Below are positions 24,701 to 36,114 of a stretch of DNA of 64,000 nucleotides, piece after piece. The DNA is taken from positions 71,920,001 to 71,984,000 of the forward strand of contig NC_043004.1 in NCBI RefSeq assembly GCF_006345805.1, written 5' to 3'. The stretch comes from Octopus sinensis (Eukaryota). The first letter of the stretch is position 1; every line of letters begins with the position of its first letter. The notes beneath the pieces are model-generated. The model worked only from the letters and a program-made list of their open reading frames with translations, made no database searches and was not told the DNA's origin. Position numbers and translations under genes: made by a program.

Positions 24701-25806
24701 CACAATTATTCTGTCTGTCAGCCTCTCTCCCTCACACACAACTAAACATAAGGGCATAAACTCTCTATCACAAATAAGCACAGGGGGCATTTCAGTTAAA
24801 TATTTAATGTATTTATATAAATCGGAAAATATGGCTTCAACCATCGACGAAATTAGTCTAACCTCGAGGGCAGAACTTGATAGGTTCCCAACAATTCACT
24901 AAAGAACCTGCAATATTGGGTCTAGAAAAACAAGTCAAGGGAATCGTGAAATTGGTAAACTGAGCAAAATGAAGAATGTATAATATGACCTATGAACAAA
25001 AGATGAAGTTGAGCAGATTCTGAAATCAGAATATCGAATGTCAGCAAAATCAGAAAACGAATTATCAGAAAGAAATGATTACTTTCTGAGTAGAAAATCA
25101 CTGTTTGAGCGACAGTTTGTATGATGTCTCTCACATCTGTATGTCTTTACATCTGGATACTGAAGCAACATGTCAAATACTGTGATATAGAAGTGATGTG
25201 GCCCAACTTTGTGAAAACAGTCTTCTAGTTGTTGTTGTAGTGAAATGATGCTTGCATTAACAAAAACAATAAGAACCGAAAACATAGAAGGTAACAAGAA
25301 AGAAGAAATTGGACATTATTTGTAGTATTGTGTCAGTTCATATCTAGATGCGGACAACTTTACATTCTCAATGGAAATATTTTACTCAGCTTCTCACTAA
25401 CTCCTGAACTAAGTCACAATTTCCAAATTATAATAATCTCAATAACCTTTGTATTATTGTTATTGCTGATGTTGAAAGTTTCTGTTCAATATGTTTTAGG
25501 AAATTACTCATTGCCTGGAAAGAATAAGGATTTCTTACATATTTACAAAGTTACACTTTCGCACGGAGAAAAGTTGTAGTTGTTTGGTTCGAATTCTTAT
25601 CATGTATTTTCAAGGAAATTTATTATCCATCCTTCTTACGATTTTATCAGGCTCATCCTACCACCATTTCTCTCTTGAAATTACAATGGTGTATCTAACG
25701 TAATGCAGACATGGGGCAGTTACAGTAGTGTCTAAAATATGGGATTGTAAAGGCAATTTTCGTTGTTATCTCTCGTCCAATCCATATTAATATTAATTCA
25801 ACTTAC

Positions 25807-25960
25807 CTTTAAGAATCACTGTTGCTACAGACTTTCGAAGCAAACCTTAGATTTAATTGAGATTTCAACAACTTTTTCTTTTTCTTTTGTCCAATTTTGA
25901 TAAACGTACAAATCTTATTCCACCCTTGTAAATTAATGCGACAGACTTGAATTTGCTTTT
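25807..25960 (-). other. Gene A upstream 5' UTR exon (5' boundary approximate)
   Basis: Donor ...GTGATTCTTAAAG|GTAAGTTGAATTAAT is homologous to gene B ...ATGAATCTTAAAG|GTAAGTGAATTAAT at 41022. Confidence 0.65.
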
Positions 25961-27069
25961 CCTCCAATTCTTGAAATTATCGCCAAGTTATATAAGTTTT
26001 CTTAAGCAAAGTCTTCATTTTGATGTCATATGTTATTTTTTTTTGTTTCTTTTTGCTATCCAGAAAGCTTTAATGTGAAAGTTGCTGATCTTGCCATAAG
26101 CTTCGTTATATAGTTTAACAATCAATATTCATGTCTGTCCAACAATGTTCACAAATAAACCAATCAGAACAAACTACATTTGCTAACGGAAATATCTGCA
26201 GCTTTATTGTATATTGACGCCTTCAGTTTGATTATTTTTATTATATATTCGGGAGATTTGTTTGTTAATGCTGTGGAAAAAGGTGTTGTAAAGCCATATA
26301 AAGTAGATTTAGATATTGATGAAATGAAGGAATGAAATTTTTTGTATTCTGGTATGACGCCAATCCTGCTTATAATCTCCAGTCAAACATTCTACTTGTG
26401 TATTTGGATAATCTCAATACCCCGAGATATTTTTATCCACTTATCAATAAGAATTTAACTAACTTTAACATTTTTTTTTAATATCTGTGTCATCACTTTT
26501 CAAATTTTCTAAATTTCTCTCTAACAATTTCTTTCTAACAATTTGTTAACAGATAATAATATTTCGTAATTTCTCTCTATTTTCCCATTCTGAATCAGTA
26601 AATTTCATTGCATTTTATAGTTTATTTTCTAGAAAATACCTTCATCAATTTCAGTATTTATCTTAATTAACAATTTTTATGCTACTATATTTGATATTTG
26701 TTTCGTAATTATAAATGTTATTTCAACAATTTTGATAGCTGCTTCAATAACCGTCCTGCACGTGTGAACTCTCGTCATATGCTTACAGTTGTAAGCGGTT
26801 TCACTCACGGTGAATCTTTGATATCGACTCTCACTTCCCGATAAAACATTACCCCCCCCCCACACACACACACACCTTTAATTCAACTTCACAATTAGCC
26901 TCTCTCTCTATCCCTCTCTCTTTCTCTCTTTCTTTTCCCCTCTTTCACTTTCTATTTTTCTCACTATATAGATGCACAAACGCGCACGCACACACACACA
27001 CAAACGCACACACACACACACTCACACAAACACAAACACACACAAACACACACACATACACACACACAT

Positions 27070-27109
<40 letters not shown>

Positions 27110-27539
27110 TATGTATATAAAATAGAGATGTGTGTGTATTGGCCTCGGACATATGTTACGATCTTTATTTGATTTTCTTATTAAAAATAAAAAAATTGCT
27201 TTTTATATTACATTCACATCTTTGAAAGTTTTTTAGAAATATTTACTTCTAGTTTTCTAGTGTCACTGACTTAACAACTACACGTAAATATAGGATCGCT
27301 TAAATTTTTAGTAACTACGTTTATTGTGTTTCTTCAAAGGATTTCTGCTACTAAATCTAACGTGAAAGAAACAACTTAAGTGTCCCACAAGAGACTCGAT
27401 ATTACTTTCGGTTTTAGTACAGTAAACGGCAAGTTACTGCTGGCTTATAAACACGGGCCATATCGCACTCACACACAAATCTACCTATCTATATATATAT
27501 ATATCTATCTCTCTATATCAATATATATCTCCATCTATT

Positions 27540-27593
<54 letters not shown>

Positions 27594-28929
27594 TTTCTCT
27601 CTGTCACTATATCTATCTATCTCTCTATCTATATCTTGTCTATTTATATCTATCTATATCTATCTTATTTGTCTGTCTAACTAGCTAGCTTTCTCTCTCT
27701 CCTTCTCTCTTTCTCTTTTTCTCCCCCTCTCTATATCTCACTCACTCTCTATTGTTTTCACTTTCATTCTTCAGACGCTATTGTTTTCACTTTAGTTCAG
27801 TTGCTATCTTCAATCAACGACAAATTAATGACAGAAAGAAGTTCACTATTACTGATGAAAGTAATTTCATAATTTACTGACAGAAGCTACTTCATAAATT
27901 TCATTTCAATCTGTACACTCCATTAGATTTGCCTACAAATTTGTTATTTACTTTTGCCATGTCTTAGCAATTTTTTGACGGAATTACTGTTAAAAGTTCA
28001 TAGTTTACTGATAGAAGTAACTTCAATAATTTCACTTAAATCCGTGAACTTAGTTAATTTTGCTAATAATTTCTTAGTTACTTTTGCAACCTACTAAATA
28101 TCAGATGAATAGTTCAATTGACAGGGAGCTGTAGATTGCTGTGGGTCACAGATTTCTTCATTCGCCCTTATTGTTTACGTATTTTGTGTGAGATGAGGTT
28201 GACTCTTTAAATTAGTTGTACTTAATTCGGCAGGGTTCCACACAATTTCGATTTAACCAATTTTACTCCCAATGTTTTGGCCACGTGACAGATTAACTAT
28301 TAAGTCACTCGCAGGCGTGTTCAATCCTCTCTGCCTTTTCTACTGCAACTATATGGCTTCTGCTCCTTGCAGCTAGCTGAGCTCACCTCCTCTCAAAGGT
28401 TCCCATTCCACTTGCCTCTTCTCTTCTAATCATCTCTCTAATGTCCACCCCACCCCCACCTGGGCAAAATGTTATACATTCTGAGTTCAAATTCCACCTA
28501 TGCTGACTTTGCCTGTCATCCTTTGAGGGTTGATAAAATAAGTACCAGTTGAATGTGTAACCATCTCAGTTGATTATGCAACAGGAATGATCATCCTAGA
28601 AACAGATGAAGAGCCATTTCCTTTAGATTTTGTTCACTTATACATATCAGCAAGTGAGCCAATGTGGTAATCTGCGTGGTTATTCAATTTGCTAGAAATA
28701 ACAGCCAAATCTCCCTCACACTATGTTCTAGCATTTTAAAAATGACGGACACATTAAATAATGTTGTCCTACATCAATAAAAATACAGAACGACTCATTC
28801 TGGCCTCGCCTACGTTTAAAGTGAAAGGCATTCATTGCAACGAATGTAAACACAAAAGAACTCCAAGGAATATATAATTTCCGTTATCAAGTTATATTCA
28901 TTGTTTACTATCTTCTGCCCCCGTGTGTG

Positions 28930-29358
28930 CCTGTGTAAATGTATATAACCATGCCCAGAAGGAAAGTGTCAAATTTCTCTACAATGTCAAGATCAGCCAA
29001 AAAAATGACTCTGTCCAGGGAAAGGGAGACAGCTGCAGAAAGGGAAGCATACCAAGAAACGAAGAGACTGTGCACTAAAAAAGCCAGAGCATATCAAAGT
29101 GATGAACAGAAGTATGCACAACTGACAAGAAGTATGATCTCCACTGCAGAACGAAGAGCAGTTGCAACAGGTCAGAGAAGCAACTTCTATCAAGCAGCTT
29201 TCAATTATGATCCAGCAGTTCATTACAACTGAGTGCAGGAAGTGGCCTGGAGAGACACCTGCACTGTGCTACTAGCAGTTGAGACCTATGTAATCTAGGC
29301 AGTGTTTTTAAATTTCATTGTTTTCTGTAACCCGTACAACGCCGGGTATTTCTGCTAG
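28930..29358 (+). mobile_element. Deleted Helitron: Rep/Hel N-terminal fragment joined to the 3' terminus
   Basis: ORF 28939-29232 ends FYQAAFNYDPAVHYN, followed by KWPGETPALCY (Helitron AFNYDP...K..ET.G.CC motif). 3' hairpin CCCGTACAACGCCGGG and CTAG|T at 29355-29359. Confidence 0.75.
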
Positions 29359-30155
29359 TATATGTATGTATATATATATATATATATATATAATAGCAGA
29401 AATACCAGGCGTTGTATACCTTACTTAAAGTGTATTTAACGTGCAGATAACAATAATACGGGTCGTCAATCAATTCACATGGGAAATTATACGATAAACA
29501 AAGTAGAAAAAGAACAGAAAACATGTGAGTTTAAGAGAAGTAACAAGTTGAAACAAGAAATGGCCGTGTATAATTTTAGACTTTGTGATAGAAGCTGGTG
29601 AATTAAGTTTATGGTCAAAAAAAGGTAATTATCAGCACAACTTCCGGTTGCTGAATGTGAAACATAAACTAACATCAAGTTAATAAGAAATCGTTGCCGA
29701 TTGATTTCACATAAATATATTTTATTTCTATTCAAAAACTATTGTAACGTAAGGATTTTACAGGTTTAAATGACAATTTGTGTCTGTATGGCCAATTAGG
29801 TACTTTTTAATTGCTGAGCAGTACCAGAAACAAAATCATTCGGTAACATTCCGAAGACCAGTTTTTAGTTGAATTTTGTAAAAAAAAAGCTGTTTGTAAT
29901 AAACAACTATAATTAGTTGAGTTTTGTTATTACAACACACAGAAAGATTGGGGATAGTAAAACGTTCTTTTATTTAGACATACGTTATAAATAATATTTT
30001 TTCTGAATTTGCATTCATATCAAAAACTATAAATATATAAGTTGGTGCGTTTGTGTGTGTATTATGTATGAATGAATTGTATTCTATTCATACACACACA
30101 CGCACACATATATACACACACACACACGCATATATATACATATATAAATAAATAA

Positions 30156-30203
<48 letters not shown>

Positions 30204-30280
30204 GGGTATGTACTTGCATAGTAGTGACCTGATCTGAGATTGTGTGCGGAAGCAAAAATAATTGCAGCGTGGAAGGTGAT

Positions 30281-30492
30281 TATAAGCCATTTACAAACAC
30301 ACAAAACCGTTAGATTCATATGAACATTTAAATTTAATTTTTCAAAATACTTTCGTCGTTTTGAAAAAATTCCGTGCTGCAGCACGGAATTTTTTCAATG
30401 AACAGGTTCCGGTTTCAAAGCGACGAAAATATTTTGACAAATTAAATTTAAATGCTGAAGTGTATCTAACGGTTTTTTGTGTTTTTAAATGG

Positions 30493-30498
<6 letters not shown>
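30281..30498. repeat. Long imperfect palindrome with a perfect 38-bp core (30361-30398)
   Basis: Core TTGAAAAAATTCCGTGCTG|CAGCACGGAATTTTTTCAA. The arms extend to TATAAGCCATTT / AAATGGCTTATA. Confidence 0.9.
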
Positions 30499-30587
<89 letters not shown>

Positions 30588-30737
30588 GGTTTAAGTAATT
30601 GAGATTCAAGAGAGTTCCAATGAATTCACATGAATATGGTCCTTAACTAGGATGCCCCGGAAATCTATATGCTGTTAACCATACGACGAGTGGGGTGATT
30701 ACAAATAGGAAAAGAGCAACAAGAATGGATTAAAATA

Positions 30738-30821
30738 TCGGTACAATTGTTTCGTACGAGGACATCTTTAATAAGCTACAAAAAATGCAGTAAATATAGA
30801 TGGCTCGTACTCGTCAGCCGA
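30738..30821 (-). ncRNA. Canonical type I hammerhead ribozyme (family 2)
   Basis: TCGG-CTGACGA-GTACGAG[~42 nt]CTCGTAC-GAA-ACAATTGT-A-CCGA: intact core, 7-bp stem II, palindromic stem III, GUA triplet. Predicted cleavage at 30742/30741. Confidence 0.85.
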
Positions 30822-31091
30822 AAAAACATCAGAGATTCCCAAACATCAAAAGGGGTAGATACAAATGAGTGTGTGAGTTTAACTGCATTGAAGAAAGTTC
30901 GATTCCTGGTGATCCGATGAAAGGTCTTGAACTTACAGAATATGTGCAAGTCCATATATAGTTCATAGTGAATTGTTAATCAATTATGGGAACAAATTTT
31001 GGATACAATCGTGCGAAATTTCTGAGAATCCGAGTAAGAAGCAAAGTGACAGTCTTATCGTGTAGAGGAACAGATTGTTATTGATGTTTTT

Positions 31092-31175
31092 TCGGCTGAC
31101 GAGTACGAGCCATCTATATTTACTGCATTTTTTGTAGCTTATTAAAGATGCCCTCGTACGAAGCAATTGTATCGA
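31092..31175 (+). ncRNA. Hammerhead family 2, second copy with A15.1->G (probably inactive)
   Basis: TCGG-CTGACGA-GTACGAG...CTCGTAC-GAAG-CAATTGT-A-TCGA; GAAA changed to GAAG at 31163. Confidence 0.7.
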
Positions 31176-31203
31176 TATTTTAATCCATTCTTGTTGCTTT
31201 TTT

Positions 31204-31258
<55 letters not shown>

Positions 31259-31332
31259 ATATGTATGTATGTATCTATGTATGTATGTATGTATGTATGA
31301 AAAGTTTTGAGCCCTCCAGGCCTGTGAGAATT

Positions 31333-31402
31333 GGAATCTTGTAACTTCATCAGAAATAACATGTTTTGTTTTTTTTAGTCCCAAGATTTTCATACACTCT
31401 TC

Positions 31403-31445
<43 letters not shown>

Positions 31446-31467
31446 CATACATACATACATACATACA

Positions 31468-31501
<34 letters not shown>

Positions 31502-31513
31502 CATACATACATA

Positions 31514-31579
<66 letters not shown>

Positions 31580-31656
31580 TACATATACGAAGGGTGTATG
31601 AAAACCAAAAAACAAAAAACAAAACATGGTATTTCTGATGAAGTTACAAGTCTTCC
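31333..31656. repeat. Two mariner-like ends in inverted orientation flanking a ~180-bp microsatellite
   Basis: 31333-31405 is the reverse complement of 31586-31656 (TACGAAG.GTGTATGAAAA...CATG.TATTTCTGATGAAGTTACAAG). Confidence 0.75.
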
Positions 31657-32419
31657 AAATGTATAAACAAACGATGTAACGTTTACATGAACGGTAGGTA
31701 AACAGAAGATCCGTATTTCTTCATTAGTTATCGACCAAATGGCTGAGTGCTTCTCAATTGGCGGTGCCCACAAAAATGTGTTTTCTTACGGAGAATTAAG
31801 GACAAGAGCAAAGAAAACAAAGCAAGCAAAACGACACAGAATATAATTTAGGACGGTGGATGAAGACGAACAGTCGAACAAAATACGGCCATTTGTCCAA
31901 GGAGACTAGAATAGTGGGTAACGCTTAGAAAATGTCTTGAAGAATGGAGAATGGGAAGGCAGAGAATTTGTGATTAAATTTAGAAGTGAAAATTTGGTAC
32001 GTTTAACTTTCCTAATAATATCCCAGCCTGTCAGATGTATTTTGTTATAATTTTTCAGTGACCATATTAACTTACTTAGGGTCGTGTTATTTCTTTGTCC
32101 CTATTTCTAAAGTAATTTTCATGGTTAGCTATTCTTTGTTTGATAAAACGTGCGCTAGAACCTGTATAGAAATAATTTTTCGCTCCGGAGGTACCTTTGC
32201 ATCAGTCTTATATTCGCAATCTCTATCTTCTATTCCTTGCGCAATCACAGACATTAGTTATTCTAATTCTAGTTGATTTTAGTAGGGGTAATCCCTAAGT
32301 TATTTTGCCTATTTTCTAGATTCTTTCTTCCTTCCCTATTGCTGACATTCCAGGGACTGAAATTTCTAGCATTCTTCTCTTCCCTTCCTAGTCGCACGTT
32401 TAATTTATTACGGTTGCTT

Positions 32420-33700
32420 CCTTTTGATTTGTGTTTCTCTTTGTTTTCCTATGAACATATATTTCTGGTTACAGAAAAATGTGCATAACATCAATAGCAT
32501 TACATGCACAACAAACAACATTAAAATAAGAATAGGAAAATTATTTATTCGAACGAATTTTCCTCGTATAATTCTCCCCGGCATTAGTTTAGTTTTTAGA
32601 ATACTCCAAAAGCACTTCCATCGTGGTCCCATGTACTAAGTAATAAAGAAATACATAGACTTCTAGTACGAGAAGCATAAAAGAATCATAGTCCACCGCT
32701 AGAAACTGCAGAAGATCTATAGCCAAATATAACAAACAAAAATTTTCTTCACTCAAAAAACCAAAACCTGGCTCATAACGCCAACTATACACCTATAACA
32801 CTCCCTTATCTTGGGCTGAAAACTGAAGTTGTCTCACATTAATATTATCTACAGCGCATCAGTTACGGCAAACACTCCAGCACCAACCTTATCTTACACT
32901 TATGTAGGGTCAGCACCAAACAAGTTCAAAATAGGACACAACCAAACACAAGTACTTCTCGCAACCCAAATAGGAAGAAATTAAATATATATAGGTAATA
33001 ATGTTACACATAACCCATTTAGCATTAACTGGAAAATATTGCTCCATATTGTCCCATACCAAGGAAGCAACAAAATCTGTCATGCCTTTACAGTAAATCT
33101 TACTTTATTTTATTCAACAGGTCATAAAAACCGAAACCTCTCTCTCAATTAGTCTCTTCATGCAAGCACAGAATATTCAACACTTTAAGACACTTGAAGC
33201 CTACATATTTTTCCAAAAGCTAAACTTGCCTATGGCTCGCCTACTTCGTTGTACCGTACTATAAATAATCTATATAAACTATATATATTTCTTTATTGCC
33301 CACAAGGGGCTAAACATAGAGGGGACAAACAAAGACAGACAAAGGGATTAAGTCGATTACATCGACCCCAGTGCGTAACCGGTACTTTATTTATCGACCC
33401 CGAAAGGATGGAAGGCAAAGTTGATCTCGGCGGAATTTGAACGCAGAACGTAACGGCAGACGAAATACGGCTACGCACTTCATCCGGCGTGCTAACGATT
33501 CTGCCAGCTCGCCGCCTTCTATATAATCAAAACGGTTGAGAAGTAGGAGCCGAAACCGGACGTGGATCCTACGGATGATGTCTTGAGCTAACTGGATCCT
33601 ATAAAGGAGCTGTTGTGGTATCAGATCACGAAACACGGTTGAAATTCATTCCACGACCATTATCATAGTTTCTTTCCTGCATAACCGATTATAAACGATC
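32420..33700 (+). mobile_element. Decayed PLE of a second lineage, interrupted by a SINE
   Basis: RILQKHF, NIIYSASVT...TYVGS..NKFK, INWKILLHIVPY (GIY-YIG). pLTR-like sequence at 33535-33655. Confidence 0.6.
33286..33516 (-). mobile_element. SINE family 2, full length
   Basis: Head GGCGGCGAGCTGGCAGAATCGTTAGC and tail TTTGTCCCCTCTATGTTTAGCCCCTTGTGGGCAATAAAGAAATA on the minus strand. Confidence 0.9.
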
Positions 33701-34553
33701 TAAATATTTTTACAATTATCAAATGTAATATCCACAAAATAATCACCCACATAGAGGAATAGGGATTCTTATGCATAAACCCTTTTTTAAAAACAGTACA
33801 TTCGGAAACATTCATTCATCTAAACATGTACACTAGCTAAGATAACATATCTGCAAACAAACAATTTCATCTACACATACAGCTCAGCATACTTCGAGTC
33901 AGCAAGTCAGAACCATAATCATATAGGTGATTATAATTTGGGGGGCAGATATATGTATGTATGCATGTATGCTTGTACATATGTATGTTTGTATGTATAT
34001 ATGTATGAGTGTATGTGTTTGTCTATGGATGGTTCAACGGATGCATGGATGAAGGTATTCATGTGTGTGGGCGCGCATTTAGGCACTCATTTTTGGATAT
34101 GTATATGTAACAAGATATGCTGTATATTTTAAATTATATATGTATAAGTATATTACACACGTCTGCGATATATGGTTTTATGTAAATAATATATTTATAA
34201 ATACACACACACACAAGCACACATATATATTATTTACACATGAGTGCATATATGATTGTATTTCGATAATATATATGTATATATCAAATCTAGCGTGATA
34301 TATATATATATATCTGTGCGTGGATGTGTGTGTCTGTGTGTGTGATAGAGAGAGAGAGGATTTGGTATTCAAACGACCCAAGATGGCAGGTAAGGCTATG
34401 TAAGTGTTTCGGGAAGACCGTAGTTAGTCTTTCGGTTCAACAATAATACGAGTGAGGAGTCTAATGCGGATCTTGCATTAGCATGTTAAATAAAATGAGA
34501 CAAAAAACCCAAGGGTGTGTGGAATTCATAGGCCATTTATCAAGAGAAAGGCA

Positions 34554-34601
34554 GTCTTACAGCTATTTCTGGGCTATTGAGGAAATCCCTTCATCAGAGA
34601 C
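34554..34601 (-). ncRNA. Hammerhead-like motif, family 3
   Basis: GTCT-CTGATGA-A-GGG[13 nt]CCC-A-GAA-ATAGCTGT-A-AGAC: 4-bp stem I, near-palindromic stem III, GUA triplet, and an A on both sides of stem II. Confidence 0.6.
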
Positions 34602-34977
34602 GACATGAGAGAGAGTTAACTAGAGGAAAATAGTAGAGTTTAATATAAGGAGTTATTTTGGAAAAGAATTAAGATATTGGAAAGTCATTCACACCACAAG
34701 ACCCGTTTGAATGAACATCACATGGAATTTACGTCTCCACACTGTCTATTCTTGATGACGAAATATGACATCCTATCGGATTCGTCATACCACGGTCAAG
34801 AAGCATTACTAACTATTCTATACAGTACTTGCCGTAGATAACGGAACTGCAACTGTAACATCCTACATATATATTTTTATAATCTTATTTTCCTTTATAC
34901 TTCCTATATCCATCCTTTTCCAAAATAACTCCTTTTATTGAGCTCTACTATTCCCCTCTAGTCAACTCTCTCATATC

Positions 34978-35025
34978 GTCTCTGATGAAGTGATATCCCT
35001 AATATCCCAGAAACAGTTGTTAGAC
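34978..35025 (+). ncRNA. Hammerhead-like motif, family 3, second copy
   Basis: GTCT-CTGATGA-A-GTGATAT(CCCTA)ATATCCC-A-GAA-ACAGTTGT-T-AGAC. Confidence 0.55.
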
Positions 35026-35099
35026 TACATTTCTCTTTATAAATATCCTATAAATTCCACACAACCTGTTATTCAACATGGCGCCCATTAATGATCTTT

Positions 35100-35620
35100 T
35101 AACTAACTCCTTAATCCGGTTACGGTACGCCTCACAAGACAAAATAGTCTTGTTCGGCTTCCAGTAGCTAGACCCCTATGTATGAAGTCTATCTATGATC
35201 ACCCTACATGTCACTAATTTGTAATCCGTGTAAGGTACAAGAAGGAACTGTGGACATCTAAAACTAAACTTACCTCTAGAACTTACTACTAATCCAGTCT
35301 AGATAAGAACTTGTTCAGCCACGAATCAGGGTAAGGCACGGCGGCCAGACAGTAGATGATAACGGATGCAATAGACACTCGCGTCCCCTCCGCCCTTCAT
35401 AGCAGCGATAACAATCTCCAATACTATGTCTGGGTTAGGCGGTTACCTTTGTCGTAACCTTGCTCAAAGTCTTCTCTATCTGGTGATCCGGACAAAACCA
35501 GACCACTATCATCTTAACATAACCACACCGGTTACATCTATCCAAATAGACCCGTGGCATTTTTCAATTGTTTCCCTTGCAATGTTAGGAATATTTTTAT
35601 CGAACGCAACATAGCGCCTG
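35100..35620 (-). mobile_element. Decayed Tx1/L1-clade ORF2 fragment
   Basis: Minus-strand IASVIIYCLAAVPYPDSWLNKF matches Tx1-like IASVI.YRL..VP.PD. Confidence 0.55.
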
Positions 35621-36114
35621 CATACAATGGTTCTGTTGCTTTTATTGTGGTGATCTCACTTCGTGGGGAGATGCGAACATATCCTCTGTCTACCGTCAAC
35701 ATACCGTAGCATGCTTGATACTGTGACCTCGTGATCTGGATTTCCTTATGGGACACGTAAGTCACAGCAACATATTTTACGTCTTTTAGGACTGGACCAC
35801 TTGATCTATTTCTATTTTGAATGTTCTAAAGAGAATTCATAAATACAATTTCTCTTTCAAAATATTATTTTTTAAACTCTCAAAAAAGAGTAACAAGAAG
35901 TACAGCTCAATACGGCAGTCAACAGTCAAAATTTCTTCCCCGCAAGAAAAGCAGACATTTTTTAACAACGACTGCAGGCAGGCAACAATTTTCAACAAAG
36001 CAGTCCAACAAATAATTTATAAACAATACATTGAGGTAAAATGATCAACCGGTAATTATCACATTAAAGCAAAATATAAGATACCACAACGGAATCCACA
36101 CAGTACATTGTGGC

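Larger units (their letters stand above)
30708..31205. mobile_element. Element with ~125-bp inverted arms, each carrying a hammerhead; TA-flanked
   Basis: Arms 30708-30833 and ~31082-31205 are reverse complements with few mismatches. The spacer is ~250 bp. Confidence 0.9.
34515..35063. mobile_element. Element with ~150-bp inverted arms, each carrying a hammerhead-like motif
   Basis: 34515-34665 and ~34916-35063 are diverged reverse complements. The spacer is ~250 bp. Confidence 0.85.

Noticed and set aside
25079-25297. 72-aa ORF possibly from an RT
   Set aside because: No diagnostic motif could be confidently assigned.
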